Assembly: GCA_951406725.2 (NCBI GenBank)
Contig: OX597830.1
Coordinates: 73,036,001 to 73,100,000 of the forward strand
Source of the DNA: Octopus vulgaris
Lineage: Eukaryota
Length of the DNA: 64,000 nt
Direction: 5' to 3'
The position numbers and the translations under genes are program-made. The notes beneath the pieces are model-generated. The model saw only the letters and a program-made list of their open reading frames with translations, did no database searches and was not told the origin of the DNA. The first letter of the stretch is position 1; every line of letters starts with the position of its first letter. Shown here piece after piece: positions 40,636 through 56,280 of the stretch.

Positions 40636-41345
40636 GACAGACTTCTTTCAGTTTCCGTCTACCAAATCCACTCACAAGGCATTGGTCGGCCCGGGGCTAT
40701 AGCAGAAGACACTTGTCCAAGATGCCACGCAGTGGGACTGAACCCGGAACCATGTGGTTGGTTAGCAAGCTACTTACCACACAGCCACTCATGCGCCTAT
40801 ATTTCTATATTTCTCTTTTTTTTTTTTTTGCATTTTAATTGATCAGTTATCATTGCGGTCAAATTCTAGCTTTGTACATAATTCCCAGTGGATTATTCTC
40901 CCTAGGTTAACAAATCTTTTCTTGTATTCCTTCTGTACAAGCATACTACATTTACTGAGTATAAGAGTAACACTTTCCTATCTTGATTTTCATCACCTAC
41001 ATTGGGAATTTAACTGATTTTTGTCCATCTCGGAATTTATTCAGTTATTCTTCAATATTTTCCAACCTCCCTTTCTGTAACAACAGTTATCACTGCTTTC
41101 TGCAACTATCTTTAAAAATCTACTCCGCAAAGCCTCCTCTTGCCACTCAGAAAATCTTGCTTCTTATTTTTGGTTTTTATCTACATTTGACGATTTGGTT
41201 TCCCTATCTCCTACTACAAAACCAGAATCTCTAAATAAAAGTACCTCACTATTAACTATGATGGAGGCTGTATCTACACTAACTTGCTCTACACAGTTTT
41301 CTACAGATACTAAACCTTTTCTAGGTAAATTCAATCTTCCTCTAG
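39845..41345 (-). pseudogene. Third, older R4/Dong LINE fragment split by SINE A
   Basis: Minus translation LNLPRKGLVSVENCV near 41300 and RRPDFVVVD...KYQDL near 40085-40210. Confidence 0.7.
40254..40798 (-). mobile_element. SINE family A, full length, with a ~50-bp insert in its (TA)n
   Basis: Colinear with 13733-14198; extra sequence at about 40541-40603. Confidence 0.92.
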
Positions 41346-41452
41346 GATAAGTACTAGGATTACAAAGAATAAGTCCTGGAGTCGATTTGTTTGACTATAG
41401 GTGGTGGTGGTCCAGCATGACCGCAGTCATATGACTGAAACAAATAAAAGAA
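41345..41452 (+). mobile_element. SINE family A, 3' end only
   Basis: ATAAGTACTAGG...CCAGCATGACCGCAGTCATATGACTGAAACA. Confidence 0.85.
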
Positions 41453-41511
41453 TATGTGTGAAAGGGAGAGAAAGTCCGCCTGTGTATGTATATGCATGTA
41501 TGTTTATATAG

Positions 41512-41573
<62 letters not shown>

Positions 41574-41576
41574 TTA

Positions 41577-41868
41577 TCGTTGTGAGTTCGAAACCCGGAC
41601 CCGGCTGCGTGTTGTGTTCTTGAGCAAGACACTTTATTTCACGTTGCTCCAGTTCACTCAACTGTAGAAATGAGTTGCGACGTCACAGGTGCCAAGCTGT
41701 ATCGGCCCTTGCCTTTCCCTTGGACAACATCGGTGACGTGGAGAGGGGAGGCCGGTATGCATGGGCGACTGCTGGTCTTCCATAAAACAACCTTGCCTAG
41801 ACTTGTGCCTTAGAGGGTAACTCTCTCTCAGGTGCAAACCCATGGTCAGATCTGACCGAAGGGGGTCA
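41577..41868 (+). mobile_element. SINE family C, tail ii, 5'-truncated, in (TA)n
   Basis: Match to 35000-35288. Confidence 0.88.
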
Positions 41869-41920
41869 CCACCAGTTATATATATATATATATATATATA
41901 TATACGTATGTATATGTATA

Positions 41921-41985
<65 letters not shown>

Positions 41986-42007
41986 ATATATATATACAAA
42001 CACACAT

Positions 42008-42430
42008 AGAGGACCGGATTAAGACCCATCGAGGCCCCAAGCGCTTAAAATATTTTCGTACCCCATAATGGATTATATGATTCAAAATATAAACAATAAC
42101 AAACCATAAAATAAATGTTCATTTTCCAAAACAAAACAAAACAGTAAGAGGGAAAATAATGTTTATTTTTGTATATTTCCACTTTATTTATATTTGAAAA
42201 GTTTCCTCCTACTTTTTTGAATTGCAAAGTCTTTGATCAGATCCTCAAAATTAATCTTAGGTAACACATCTGCATCTATACTTGGCAGAGATAAAGGCAT
42301 CCCGAATATTATTTCGGCAAGTTTGAAATGATTTCTTTTGTGCCGTAAACCATTTACCATTTCTGAGGTGCCCCCTCTTTGCCTTGATGCCCTAAACACG
42401 TGATTATTTTGCATAATGGTTAATCCTTCG

Positions 42431-42432
<2 letters not shown>
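42008..42432 (-). mobile_element. Internally deleted hAT transposon retaining the transposase C-terminus
   Basis: Imperfect TIRs (GGACCGGATTAA / TTAATCCTTCGC); SIDADVLPKINFEDLIKDFAIQKSRRK resembles the end of the hAT dimerisation domain. Confidence 0.7.
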
Positions 42433-42489
<57 letters not shown>

Positions 42490-42519
42490 TTGAAATTACT
42501 TTTTTCCTTTTTTTCTTAG

Positions 42520-42906
42520 TCTCTTTTCTTTTCATATTCTTCCTCCCCTTCCACTTTTCCTCCTCCTCCCCCTCTCCTCCCCATCCTCCTCCTCTTTCTT
42601 CTTCTTCTTCTTCTCCTTCTTCTTCTTCTTCTTCTTCCTCCTCCTCCTCCTCCTCCCTTCCTCTTCCACTTCCACTTCAACTTCCACTTCCTCCTCCTCT
42701 TCCACTTCCACTTCCCCTTCTCCTTCTCCTTCTCCTTCACCTTCTCCTTCTCCTTCTCTTTCTCCTTCTCCTTCTCCTTCACCTTCTCCTTCTCCTTCTC
42801 CTTCTTCTTCTTCTTCTTCTTCTTCTTCTTCTTCTTCTTCTTCTTCTTCTTCTTCTTCTTCTTCTTCTTCTTCTTCTTCTTCTTCTTCTTCTTCTTCTTC
42901 TTCTTT
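42520..42906. repeat. Polypyrimidine tract: (CTT)n, (CTTCTC)n, (CCT)n
   Basis: Read directly. Confidence 0.95.
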
Positions 42907-43060
42907 ACTCACACCCTTACACACAGTCACACGAACATACATATTTCTCAGTGGTTTGCGCAATACTATCTATTCATACATCCGACTATCCGTCCGTCCA
43001 TTTGTGTGTCTGCTACCATTTTGTGTCTCTTCACTTTCTCTTTCACTCTCATTCTCTCTC

Positions 43061-43139
<79 letters not shown>

Positions 43140-43250
43140 CTATCTAACTAAAACCTATATTTCTGCCTATCTATCTATCGATATATCTATCTAGCTACAT
43201 ATCTATCTATCTGTCTGTTTGTCTGTCTATCCGTCTACTTACCTATCTGT

Positions 43251-43307
<57 letters not shown>

Positions 43308-43484
43308 AGTCTATCTATCTATCTACCTATTTATTTATCTATATCTAACTATCTATATCTATCTGTCTATCTATTTACCTAAAACCTATATTTCTGTGTA
43401 TCTATCTATCGATCTATCTATCTAGCTACCTATCTATCTGTCTGTCTATCTATCTATCTACCCATCTATCTGTCTATCTATCTT

Positions 43485-43566
<82 letters not shown>

Positions 43567-43668
43567 AGATTATCTGTGGAATTTGCTTACCACGAGTTCA
43601 CATATCTATGCGTTTTCTTGTTTGTCCCAGGTTTTCTCATTCGTCCTCAAAGTATAAATATATAAACA

Positions 43669-43715
<47 letters not shown>

Positions 43716-43723
43716 GCACACAA

Positions 43724-43764
<41 letters not shown>

Positions 43765-44095
43765 CACAAACAAACCAACAAACAAGGGTGAGGCGTATAT
43801 ATGTAAGCGTGTATCGGTATGATACCCACACACACATATATATTTATTTACTTATACACAAATGTATATCTTCTTAATATCAATTCTTAGTCCGTCCGCT
43901 CTGCGTATCACTCTCCCCTTCCCGCTTTATACGTATCAAACCCGTCGCTTAATGTTAGCAGGCGGTTTTACGAGTAACAGTTATAGGTTTATGTAAAGTT
44001 AGCGTGAGAGGAGACAAATCAAACAAGACTAAGACCGATTGTGTCCCTTTAATCGTGCAACACATGCTTACCGTTGGACAGAGTATATATATATA

Positions 44096-44180
<85 letters not shown>

Positions 44181-44237
44181 GTACATATATATATATATAC
44201 ATATATATACACATACATATACATAAATTTGTATGTG

Positions 44238-44270
<33 letters not shown>

Positions 44271-44336
44271 ACGTATCTGCATATATATATATTTATGCGT
44301 GTATATATGTACATCTATATATATATACACACATAT

Positions 44337-44573
<237 letters not shown>

Positions 44574-44673
44574 NNNNNNNNNNNNNNNNNNNNNNNNNNN
44601 NNNNNNNNNNNNNNNNNNNNNNNNNNNNNNNNNNNNNNNNNNNNNNNNNNNNNNNNNNNNNNNNNNNNNNNNN
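44574..44673. other. Assembly gap (100 N)
   Basis: Run of N. Confidence 1.
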
Positions 44674-44899
44674 AATCAGATAGCTCCCTTGTTTCTGGGG
44701 TTCGCGGTATGGATAGTTTTTATAAACAATTGATATTCTGTAGTCTGAAATGAAAATAATATTATGTTAACATGTTTGTAGCACCCGGTGTAATGAATGT
44801 TGCTAATTTAGTTCCCAGATAATAATGCGTATATGTACGCACACGAACACACACGTGTATATGAGTGTGTATATATATATATCATATAATGTATATATA

Positions 44900-45159
44900 T
44901 TCTTTTATTCTTTTACTTGTTTCAGTCACTTGACTGCGGCCATGCTGGAACACTGCCTTTACTCGAACAAATCGACCGCAGTACTTATTCTTCGTAAACC
45001 TGTTACTTACTCTATCGGTCGAGCCGCTAAGTTACGGGTGCATAAACACACCAACATCGGTTGTGAAACGATGGTGGTTGGACAAACGCAGACACACACA
45101 AATACATACATACATACATACATACATACATACATACATACATACATACATACATGCAC

Positions 45160-45213
<54 letters not shown>

Positions 45214-45748
45214 ACGACGGGCTTCTTTCAGTTTCCGTCTACGAAATCCACTCACAAAGCTTTGGTCCCACGGCATTGGGACTGAACCCGAAACCATGTG
45301 CTTGGAAAGCAAGTTACTTACCACACAGCCATGTGCATATACATGTACAGATATATACTCTCTTATTCTTTTATTCTTTTACTTGTTTCAGTCATTTGAC
45401 TGCGGTCATGCTGCAGTACCTCTTTGAAGAGTGTAATTCGAACAAATCGACCTAGGACTTATTTTTTAACCTTAGAACTTATTCCATTGATTTCTTTTGC
45501 CGAACTAGCCAATTACGGGGATGAACACCCTAACACTAGTTGTCAAGTGGTGGTGGGGGACAAACACAGACACAAAAACGTACACGCATAGATATACACA
45601 TATAAACACGACGGGCTTCTTTCAGTTTCCATCTACCAAAATCCACTCACAAGGCTTTGGTCGAAGCTATAGTAGAAGACACTTTCTCAAGGTGCCACAT
45701 AGTGGGACTGAACCCAGAATCACGTGTTTGGGAAGCAAGCTTCACACA
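44900..45748 (-). mobile_element. Two tandem SINE family A copies (about 44900-45335 and 45360-45748)
   Basis: Each starts TTTTACTTGTTTCAGTCA and ends in the head region. Confidence 0.85.
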
Positions 45749-46824
45749 CATGTACATGCATACACACAAGCAGATGTAGAGTTTGAAAATTTAAGCTATA
45801 TAGAAAAAGCGGTCATTTGTTGAGTCATCCTCATTAAAATATTTTTTGTATAATTTCACCAAATCTTCCGTGTAACCTTTTCATGCAATTAGTGTGTTAT
45901 TGGTTCACTTAAGCAGGTTTAAGGTTTAATGAAGTGACAGCAGATTCGCCGCAAAATGTTAAGGTTTTTGAGTAAATCCGTTTAAAATTAACTTGAACAT
46001 TATATCTGTGAGTAAAACGCAAATTTTGCGTTTTTGAAAGCAAATGAAAGAAATTTGAGATTTTGTCTACAGTTCTATGGTTATCTATGAACCATGACTA
46101 TATTTCTTGTACGTGTATTCCCTCCGCCCTCTCTCCCTCTCTCTCATGCGCGCACACACACTCACACATACACTCACACAAACTCTCTCTCTCTCTCTCT
46201 GCAAACATCTGGACCTGCAAACTTCTAAGAACCGAAAGCATCAGAGAGTATGAAAGACAGATACATAGAAAGAGGGTGTTTCAGGAAAGGGAGTGTGTGT
46301 AAGTGCGTGCGTGTACGTGTGTGCATTACAGAGAGAGTGGGGAGAAAGTATGTGTGTGTAACTGAGAAAGAGGGTAAGAAAGGGAGAAAGAGAGAAGAAT
46401 GGTATAAAAGTGGGTGGGGTCAAACAAATCAATCAATTATATATGACAGATGGTCGGATAGAGATGAAAGGCCAGGTTTTCGGTAGCACCGGAAGTAGCT
46501 GAATAGAGTAACATTTGTTCGTGTTCAACTGTTCCACAGTCAACTTTCACAGTGAAAATAAACTAAAAATGGCCCCTGAATATATTCCCTAGGTCTTTAA
46601 TACTTTGTTTTAGCCATCACGGTAAAAGGCCAAGACAGGGTAGCACTTTTCAGAGTTCAATGCTGTTCTTTCTGATTTGTGGCGAGTTTGTGTCGGTCCT
46701 GTAGCCAGATATTTCTGTTACGGGATTTTCGGTGTATGAGCCATCGCTAATTGGTAAATATCTAAAGACTAATAGAGGCTGTACTGCTTTCGGCGTAGCA
46801 TTTTACATATGTCTGACCTGGTGA

Positions 46825-47039
46825 TACTGCTGGCAGATTCGTTAGCACGACGGGCGAAATGCATAGCCGTATTTCGTCTGCCGTTACGTTCTGAGTTCAG
46901 ATTCCGCCGAGGTCGACTTTGCCTTTCATCCTTTCGGGGTCGATAAATTAAGTACCAGTTACGCACTGGGGTCGATGTAATCGACTTAATCCGTTTGTCT
47001 GTCCTTGTTTGTCCTATCTGTGTTTAGCCCCTTGTGGGG
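46825..47039 (+). mobile_element. SINE family B, tail type 1 (3' tip lost)
   Basis: Match to 34604-34820. Confidence 0.9.
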
Positions 47040-47261
47040 AAGTGTAACGATCTTCTCAATGGTACCGCGACCCTGCTCAGAAACCACTTTGTAATTTTAG
47101 ACAGATGCCATTGAAAACATGCTTGATTAACCAGTTGAAAATTATCTCGACAGGGTTTTTCCTGCAATACATACAAGAGAGATGCTTCGGAAGTTAGCGT
47201 GCGCATCACTTTCCTTTCTTTGCCGTATTGCAATTCAGACCCACGTACTCTACATGACTTT

Positions 47262-47300
<39 letters not shown>

Positions 47301-47302
<2 letters not shown>

Positions 47303-47595
47303 TCGCATGGGTTTGTGGTTAGGGAGTTGCACTCACGTTCTTGCGATCGTGATTTCAGTTCCTAGATCGGATAGTGCGTTGTGTTCTTGAGCAAAACACA
47401 TCATCTGACCTTGTTCTGCGATCACTTCGACACCTGACGTGTGGTACACAGTGCACCTGTTAAGACGACTTAGATTTTGATGGAGAGGATGAGCTAATAT
47501 GCAGCACGGGTATTTGATTACTATAAACAAATCATCTGTGCAGGTCGTTCGGCAAAAGCTGAGCGCTCATATGTCGTTTTCGACCGGAGAGTCCA

Positions 47596-47598
<3 letters not shown>
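47301..47598 (+). mobile_element. SINE family C-related, tail iii, in (TA)n
   Basis: C-like head and TTCTTGAGCAAAACAC, then a different 3' half. Confidence 0.7.
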
Positions 47599-47643
<45 letters not shown>

Positions 47644-47866
47644 ACAAGGGTAAAGTTAATTAATTAAGAAGTAATCCGTAATTTCATGGTAAGCTTAAGT
47701 AATACTTTATAATTAGGGTTCAGCAAAGATTTGCTTCACCACATACTGAAGTTTAGAAATAACAGTCAAAAAATCTTAGCTATTCCTTCTACTTTAAAAG
47801 GGGTTCCCAGAAAAAACAAATCTTTGCTGAACCCTAATTATGAAGTATATATATATATACATATAC

Positions 47867-47930
<64 letters not shown>

Positions 47931-48094
47931 GAATACATTCATATATACATACATTACATACATACAGTATATGTATACGTGCATACATATAAACACACAC
48001 ACACATACATAGGTATATATGTAAATATATGTATATGGAAAAATATACATACATACATATACATATATACCTACATTTAGCGTATGTATATATG

Positions 48095-48234
<140 letters not shown>

Positions 48235-48240
48235 AGAGAG

Positions 48241-48430
48241 AGGGAGAATTCATAAAAAAAACAAAAGACGAAGACAAGTGGTGTAGAAACAAGCAGATGT
48301 ATTAGTATAACGCTCGGGAATTGAAAAAGTCTTTAACGTTTCGAGCCTACGCTCTTCAACAGAAAAAGAACACAGAAAGAAACAAGGAGAGAAAAAAATG
48401 TGTGTAATGGCTTGCGATCTATCATGGTGA
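48241..48430 (-). mobile_element. Repeat family D (Penelope-like terminal repeat) with a hammerhead-like motif
   Basis: Minus strand TTT-CTGTTGA-A-GAGC-GTAG-GCTC-GAAA-CG-TT-AAAG at 48331-48366. Confidence 0.7.
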
Positions 48431-48927
48431 ATGTCGGACAGAAGGGTCACATACATGTATATATATGCATGTATGTATAGAGGATATATATTTATATGCA
48501 TATATAAATGAGTGTACACATATAACATACATATATATCGTGTGTTTCTGCGGACGCACGTGTGCCGGTTTATGCTTCGACATGTGCATTTATATACACG
48601 TATGTGAGAGTAGCTGTCAGTCACCAAGAAACTTAATACGAAACGTTCTAGAAGTCAAGCTTCAATTATTTCTATTTCATTTCATCTTGTTTTTATTTTA
48701 TTATTATTATCTTTCCAACTCCCTTCACAAGACAGTACCAATCCACTTCTTCCTTTCAGAATAATATTACTTCTTCGACCAGTGGACTCTTTCACTACTG
48801 CTGTTCATATTCCTGACTTCATCAGCGCATACATATGCAAAGCGTGTGTGTGTGTGTATTACATGTTTTGTGTATACATCTGTATATATATATGCATCTA
48901 TCTGTCTATCTATGTATATATATATAT

Positions 48928-49182
<255 letters not shown>

Positions 49183-49318
49183 CACAAATATTAGTACGTA
49201 AACAACAGACGAACTCTATTATGTCGTAGTGATAAAGTTTACATATACATACATACGCTTGTAATTGCAAATATAGAAATATAAGTACTCATATATATAT
49301 ATATACACATGCACACAG

Positions 49319-49349
<31 letters not shown>

Positions 49350-49760
49350 GCACACACATACACATACACACGTGCGTGCATATACTTGTAAACTTATATA
49401 CATACAGTCAGAATGAGAGCGGATGAAAGAAAATGTGACAATGATGACGTCAACCTCGGTAACGGCAATAGCAAAGCCCTAAAGAATAGGCATTCACTGG
49501 GGCAAGATGCGACCTGAATTTCAAAATTCTGCCATCAAGAAGAGTTTCCTCTCTCCATGCGTCTTTGGTAACAATAATCCCTGCAAACAAACAAAGGTTT
49601 TACTATTTTCAGGCTGTCACCATTAAAATAAAATGTTCAGCCCTTTTCTTTTTACTGCGCAATTTCTCGATTTCCGTTTGTCTCCAGTGTATAAGCCTCT
49701 CTCCTTCACTACTTCCGTTCTCTGCAGTATGTTTTTTCAGAATCTCAGGTTCACAGTCCC

Positions 49761-50430
<670 letters not shown>

Positions 50431-50457
50431 TATCTATCTATCTATCTCTCTATCTAC

Positions 50458-50505
<48 letters not shown>

Positions 50506-50512
50506 ATATCTA

Positions 50513-51266
<754 letters not shown>

Positions 51267-51345
51267 GTCTCTCTATCAGTCTATTTATCTGTCTGTCTAT
51301 CTATCGATCTATCTATCTACCTATCTATCTATATATATATATCTA

Positions 51346-51425
<80 letters not shown>

Positions 51426-51831
51426 CTTCTGTCTGTCTGCCATTCCTTTTCATCTTTCTCACGCACACGTTCTTTCTGTTTTATGCGTGTCTGTATCTTA
51501 AAAGAAATCTCACCAATATCGTATACATGTATTCATGCATCCATATAAACACACACACACACACAGACACACACAAGCACATGCACACACATACAGAAAA
51601 ACACACACATACATGTACACACATTCGTTTGCAATTTTGCATTTATGTAAGTGTATGTAAGTCTCGGTGCGTATAAAACTCTATTCACATATACATAGAT
51701 ACACACAAACACACACACGTATGTGTTGCTTCAATCATTGGACTGGTTTCACAATCACAATCACACAAACACTGGTACACATACATACATATTCACACAT
51801 AAAACATTCACATACACACATTTGCTCACAT

Positions 51832-51905
51832 AGACGCAATGTAGTGGGACTGAACCCGAAATCACTCGATTACAAAGCGAGCTTCTTAACCATAGAACCA
51901 TGCCT
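51832..51905 (-). mobile_element. SINE family A head fragment
   Basis: AGTGGGACTGAACCCG...CTTCTTAACCA. Confidence 0.6.
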
Positions 51906-52122
51906 GGGCTTTCAGTACTTTGACCAATTGAATTACTACCAAAATGCCTGACCGTTCACTCTCGTGCGTGTATTTTTAACGTGATTCTCGTGTAGTCAAT
52001 GTGACATTTTTTGACATGGCCTTATAGGTAACCCGAGATTCTAAAAATTTCATTTTGGTCCAATACTGCCCCTATTCAAAGTTCCTGCGATGCTAAGTTC
52101 AAACGGATTCAGCCACACTGCA

Positions 52123-52204
<82 letters not shown>

Positions 52205-52205
52205 A

Positions 52206-52237
<32 letters not shown>

Positions 52238-52245
52238 ATCTCTCG

Positions 52246-52298
<53 letters not shown>

Positions 52299-52729
52299 AC
52301 TGCATATTTATGGATGCGCAAGAATATATATCTATATCTATACAGCTACTTGTGGATGCACAAGTCTATCCATGGATGTCTGTGTGTAGACCTATGGGTA
52401 ACCATAGTTGTGCGCAGTGGTGCGGCAAGATAAATATGCACGTGCACTGATATACACACCACCCTCCTAGATTCTAGCTAGTCTCCATGACCACCCCTTT
52501 TTGTTATCTGATAAACTCTATATACCGTAACGATTTAATCATTTTCACTCACGTAAGAGTATATATTTATATAGATATACAAAAATTGTATAGTAATATA
52601 TGTGTGTGTGTGTATGTATATGAAAATGTATATTATAACATAATATAAATTAGATATAGCCCACCAATCTATGCGTGTTGCATAACTTAATTTAATAGTG
52701 GCTATATATTCCTAACCGCTTGTGAAATA

Positions 52730-53984
52730 TTAGGTTGTTTCACATGAAATGTGGTATTTGAAAGGTAACAATAAAATGTTTCAGAAGTGTTAGAGAATTG
52801 ATTTATTTAATCAAAATATGATCCATGTTCATTTATGACGTTTGCCCAACGTTCCTCTCTGTCATATATTCTATCTTTAAATAAAAATAAAATCATCTAT
52901 TGATGTGATAAACTGTCCGAATGCTTCAATTATCTCTTCTCTATTTAAGAATGTTTTATCGATTATGAAAAGCTCAAAATGCTTACATAAATGATGATCA
53001 GTAGGAGAGATATCAGGGGAATAGAGATGATGTTGCGAATTCTCATAATTCAGGCTTTGCAACTTTTCGACCGTAGCTTGAGGAGTATGAGGACGTGCAT
53101 TATCGTGGTGCAAGATTGGACCAGCTCTATTTACTAGTCTGGGTTGCTTCTTTTTCAAATTTCCATGCATGCAATCAATTTCCTGGCAATACAATGTTGC
53201 TGTTACCCTTTTTCCTTGTTGCAAAAGTGAATAATGAATAATTCACTCGGCAGACCACCATACACTGACCACTAAATTTTTAGGATGCGATAGTGGGTTT
53301 GGGTAGTGTTTAGGTGACTCTCCTGCACCTAATCACTGTCCTGTTCTCCTACTGTTGTCAAAGAGTATCCATTTCTCATCACAAGTAATGATTTGATGCA
53401 AAAATGGTCTTTTTCCAGTTGAGAAAGCAATAAGGAGCACACTTTGAGGGGACTTTTTTTTATCTAATGTCGTTCAGTTGATGTGGAACAAACCTATCCG
53501 TTTTCTTGACTTTTCCAATTTTTTACAGGTGTCGAAAAACAGTTGCGCGAGATGTTAGGAGTTCTGAGGAAAGTTTTCGAACCATTGTTCTCGGATTTTG
53601 TTCAATCAAAGCATTTAATCCATTATGACGAATTAGAGATTTTGGCATACCCCTTGGTTTATATTCAAGGCTATCATCTCCTGAACAAGAGCTTTGGAAC
53701 CATCTCTGAACAGTTCTGATGTCCAGCAAAACTAATAACCAAGGCCCGCTTGATATTCCGTAGAGCTTCTGCAGCAGAGTGACCCAGTTTGTACTCACAC
53801 GAGAAAATCACTCAACATAGCTTTGTTGTTATTATTTTTATAAGGTCTGTGTGTACGATTTTTGTATACCAATATTGTTGGGAAAGGAAAAAAGTCAATA
53901 TTAAATGCAAGGTGTACATAATTTTGAAATGACTCTGAAATAACAAGTAATTAAACATGCGACATTTCATGAGAAACAATCTAA
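52730..53984 (-). mobile_element. Full-length decayed mariner transposon (about 1.25 kb)
   Basis: TIRs TTAGGTTGTTTCACATGAAATGT / ACATTTCATGAGAAACAATCTAA (21/23), TA on the left; transposase remnants RTVQRWF, HDNARPH, YSPDISPTD. Confidence 0.92.
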
Positions 53985-54028
53985 AATACATGCATACATA
54001 CATACATACATACATAAACACACACACA

Positions 54029-54118
<90 letters not shown>

Positions 54119-54385
54119 CATATATGTATATATGTATGTATATATTAATATTAATATTTACCATTAGCAACAAAGTCACTCGAGAGTTTCGTGGGTTGCC
54201 ACTTACCAAACTTGCTATAAGTCGAAGAGCAGTGGCTTTATATAGCTGGTTATATATGTGTGTGAGTGTAAATATTGAATAAAATTTATCAATAATATAA
54301 TACATATATATATATGTATATATATATATATACATATATATACATATATATAGAGAGAGATAGATAGATAGATAGACAGACAGAG

Positions 54386-54457
<72 letters not shown>

Positions 54458-55566
54458 CAAATGTTATATTTAATAGAAATTTAATTATCAATGTACTTTC
54501 CTTCATTATCTATGACTTCTTTCCATTTTCAACCCTTTTAATCCCATCAATGTGAAACTCTTTTGGTTTCCAAGCGAAGAACTCTGAAATGTCAGTTTCG
54601 ACCTCCTCCTGGCTTGCGAAATTTATGTCCCCCAAATGATTCTGTAAACTACGAAACAAATGATAGTCTGAAGGAACAAGGTCACGAGAATAAGGTGGAA
54701 GAGGAATTTTTTCCTAACCAAGCTCTTCGATCTTCTGGGATGTGATCTTTGCAGTGTGGGGTCGCGCATTGTCCTGATGAAACATCACTCATTTTTTATT
54801 CACTAAAGCGGGTCTTTTTTTCTTCAAACCTTGGTTCAAACGCTCTAATTGTTGACAGTAGACTTGAGCATTGATTGCTCAAGTCTACCAAATGTTGTAA
54901 CAATTCAAAGTGAAATATTCATTTGCAATCCCACCAGATAGTGAGAAGAACCTTTTTCCAAAGAAGTTCCCTTCTCGGTTGTGGTTGAGCCTTTTTCCTT
55001 TTACGACGTTTAACATTTCGATAGAAGATCCATTTTCCGTCACCAGTCACAAGTCTATCCAAAAAGAGTGAAATGAGTTCCATGTTGTTGAAGATGACGA
55101 TGAATAGTTGTATGGTTTGAACTAAGCTATATTGGTAATTCTTCAACTGATAATGCGGGATTTTCTTCAAGTAACCAAACTCAACTGGACGTCCTGTTCG
55201 ATCCTCATCTTCAAGGCTGAAATCTCGACTTCTGAATTTTGCAAACTATCTTCTGGGAGTTCTTTCATTCAAGCATTCTTTCCCATTAACTGAGTGTATA
55301 TTTCGAGTCGCTTCGGCTGCAGAGTTTCCTTTTTTGTACTCATAAAGCATTATGTTCCTTAAATGCTCTTTGGATACTTCCATGTTAGAAAGGGTTTTAA
55401 TCAAAGAAATTTTAATTGTATTATCGTGTAAAATAATATTTAATTAGTTTAAATGTACACAAATGCATAAAAATAATTTTTAATTCCATTAGACATTCTA
55501 AAATACTAATAAATTTCTTTCAGTTTAAAAAAAAAGGTAAAATGGGACAGAACATATGACCTGATA
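54458..55566 (-). mobile_element. Second decayed mariner (different subfamily); transposase pseudogene about 55383-54481
   Basis: MEVSKEHLRNIMLYEYKKG..SLEDEDRTGRP, FLDRLVTGDGKW, KVLLTIWWD, WKEVIDNEGKYIDN*; one TIR-like end at about 55540-55566, the other replaced by (GATA)n. Confidence 0.88.
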
Positions 55567-56228
55567 TTTGCGAATTTTTCTGAACAGAAGAAACAAGATA
55601 TCATCTCTCTTTTGTCACTTAACAGTATTGTTTTTGTAGATAATTCCAGAAAAATTGCCGGATTTCATAAATCTGATTAACCATTTGAAAAGACTATAAG
55701 TTTAGCAGATCCAAGGATTTAGAAACCAAACGAAAATATTCTCTACTACAAAGGAGCAGAACCTGCGGGCTGTATCTATATTTTTGTTTGTGGCTCGATG
55801 CCTCATGCCACCTGACCGCCCTCCACTGTTCACTCAACCAGCCGTCTCGAACTAACAATATTTAATCGCCACGAAGTGGAATGATTGAACGTATGTGAGG
55901 AGCTACAGGAAGAACGTTTCAACTACCTCACATCGTGGATATATGTGCATGTGTAAACGTGTCTGTGTTCGTGAATGTATATATGTATATAAATATATTT
56001 ATATATATATATATGTGTGTGTGTGTGTGCGCGATGTGTGTGTGTCTGACTGTGAGTGTGTATGGCGTGGATGTATGGTAAGAAGCTTGCTTCCCAACCA
56101 CATGTTCCTGGGTTCAGTCCCACTGCACTGTACCTTGGACATGTGTCTTCTATTATAGCCACGGGCCGACTAAAGCCTTGTGAGTAGATTTGGTCGACGG
56201 AAACTGAAAGAAGCCCGTCGTGTATATA

Positions 56229-56276
<48 letters not shown>

Positions 56277-56280
<4 letters not shown>

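Noticed and set aside
42516-42963. Poly-Glu / Glu-Gly / Lys-Glu ORFs
   Set aside because: Reverse translation of the (CTT)n/(CTTCTC)n tract; no domain or splice support.
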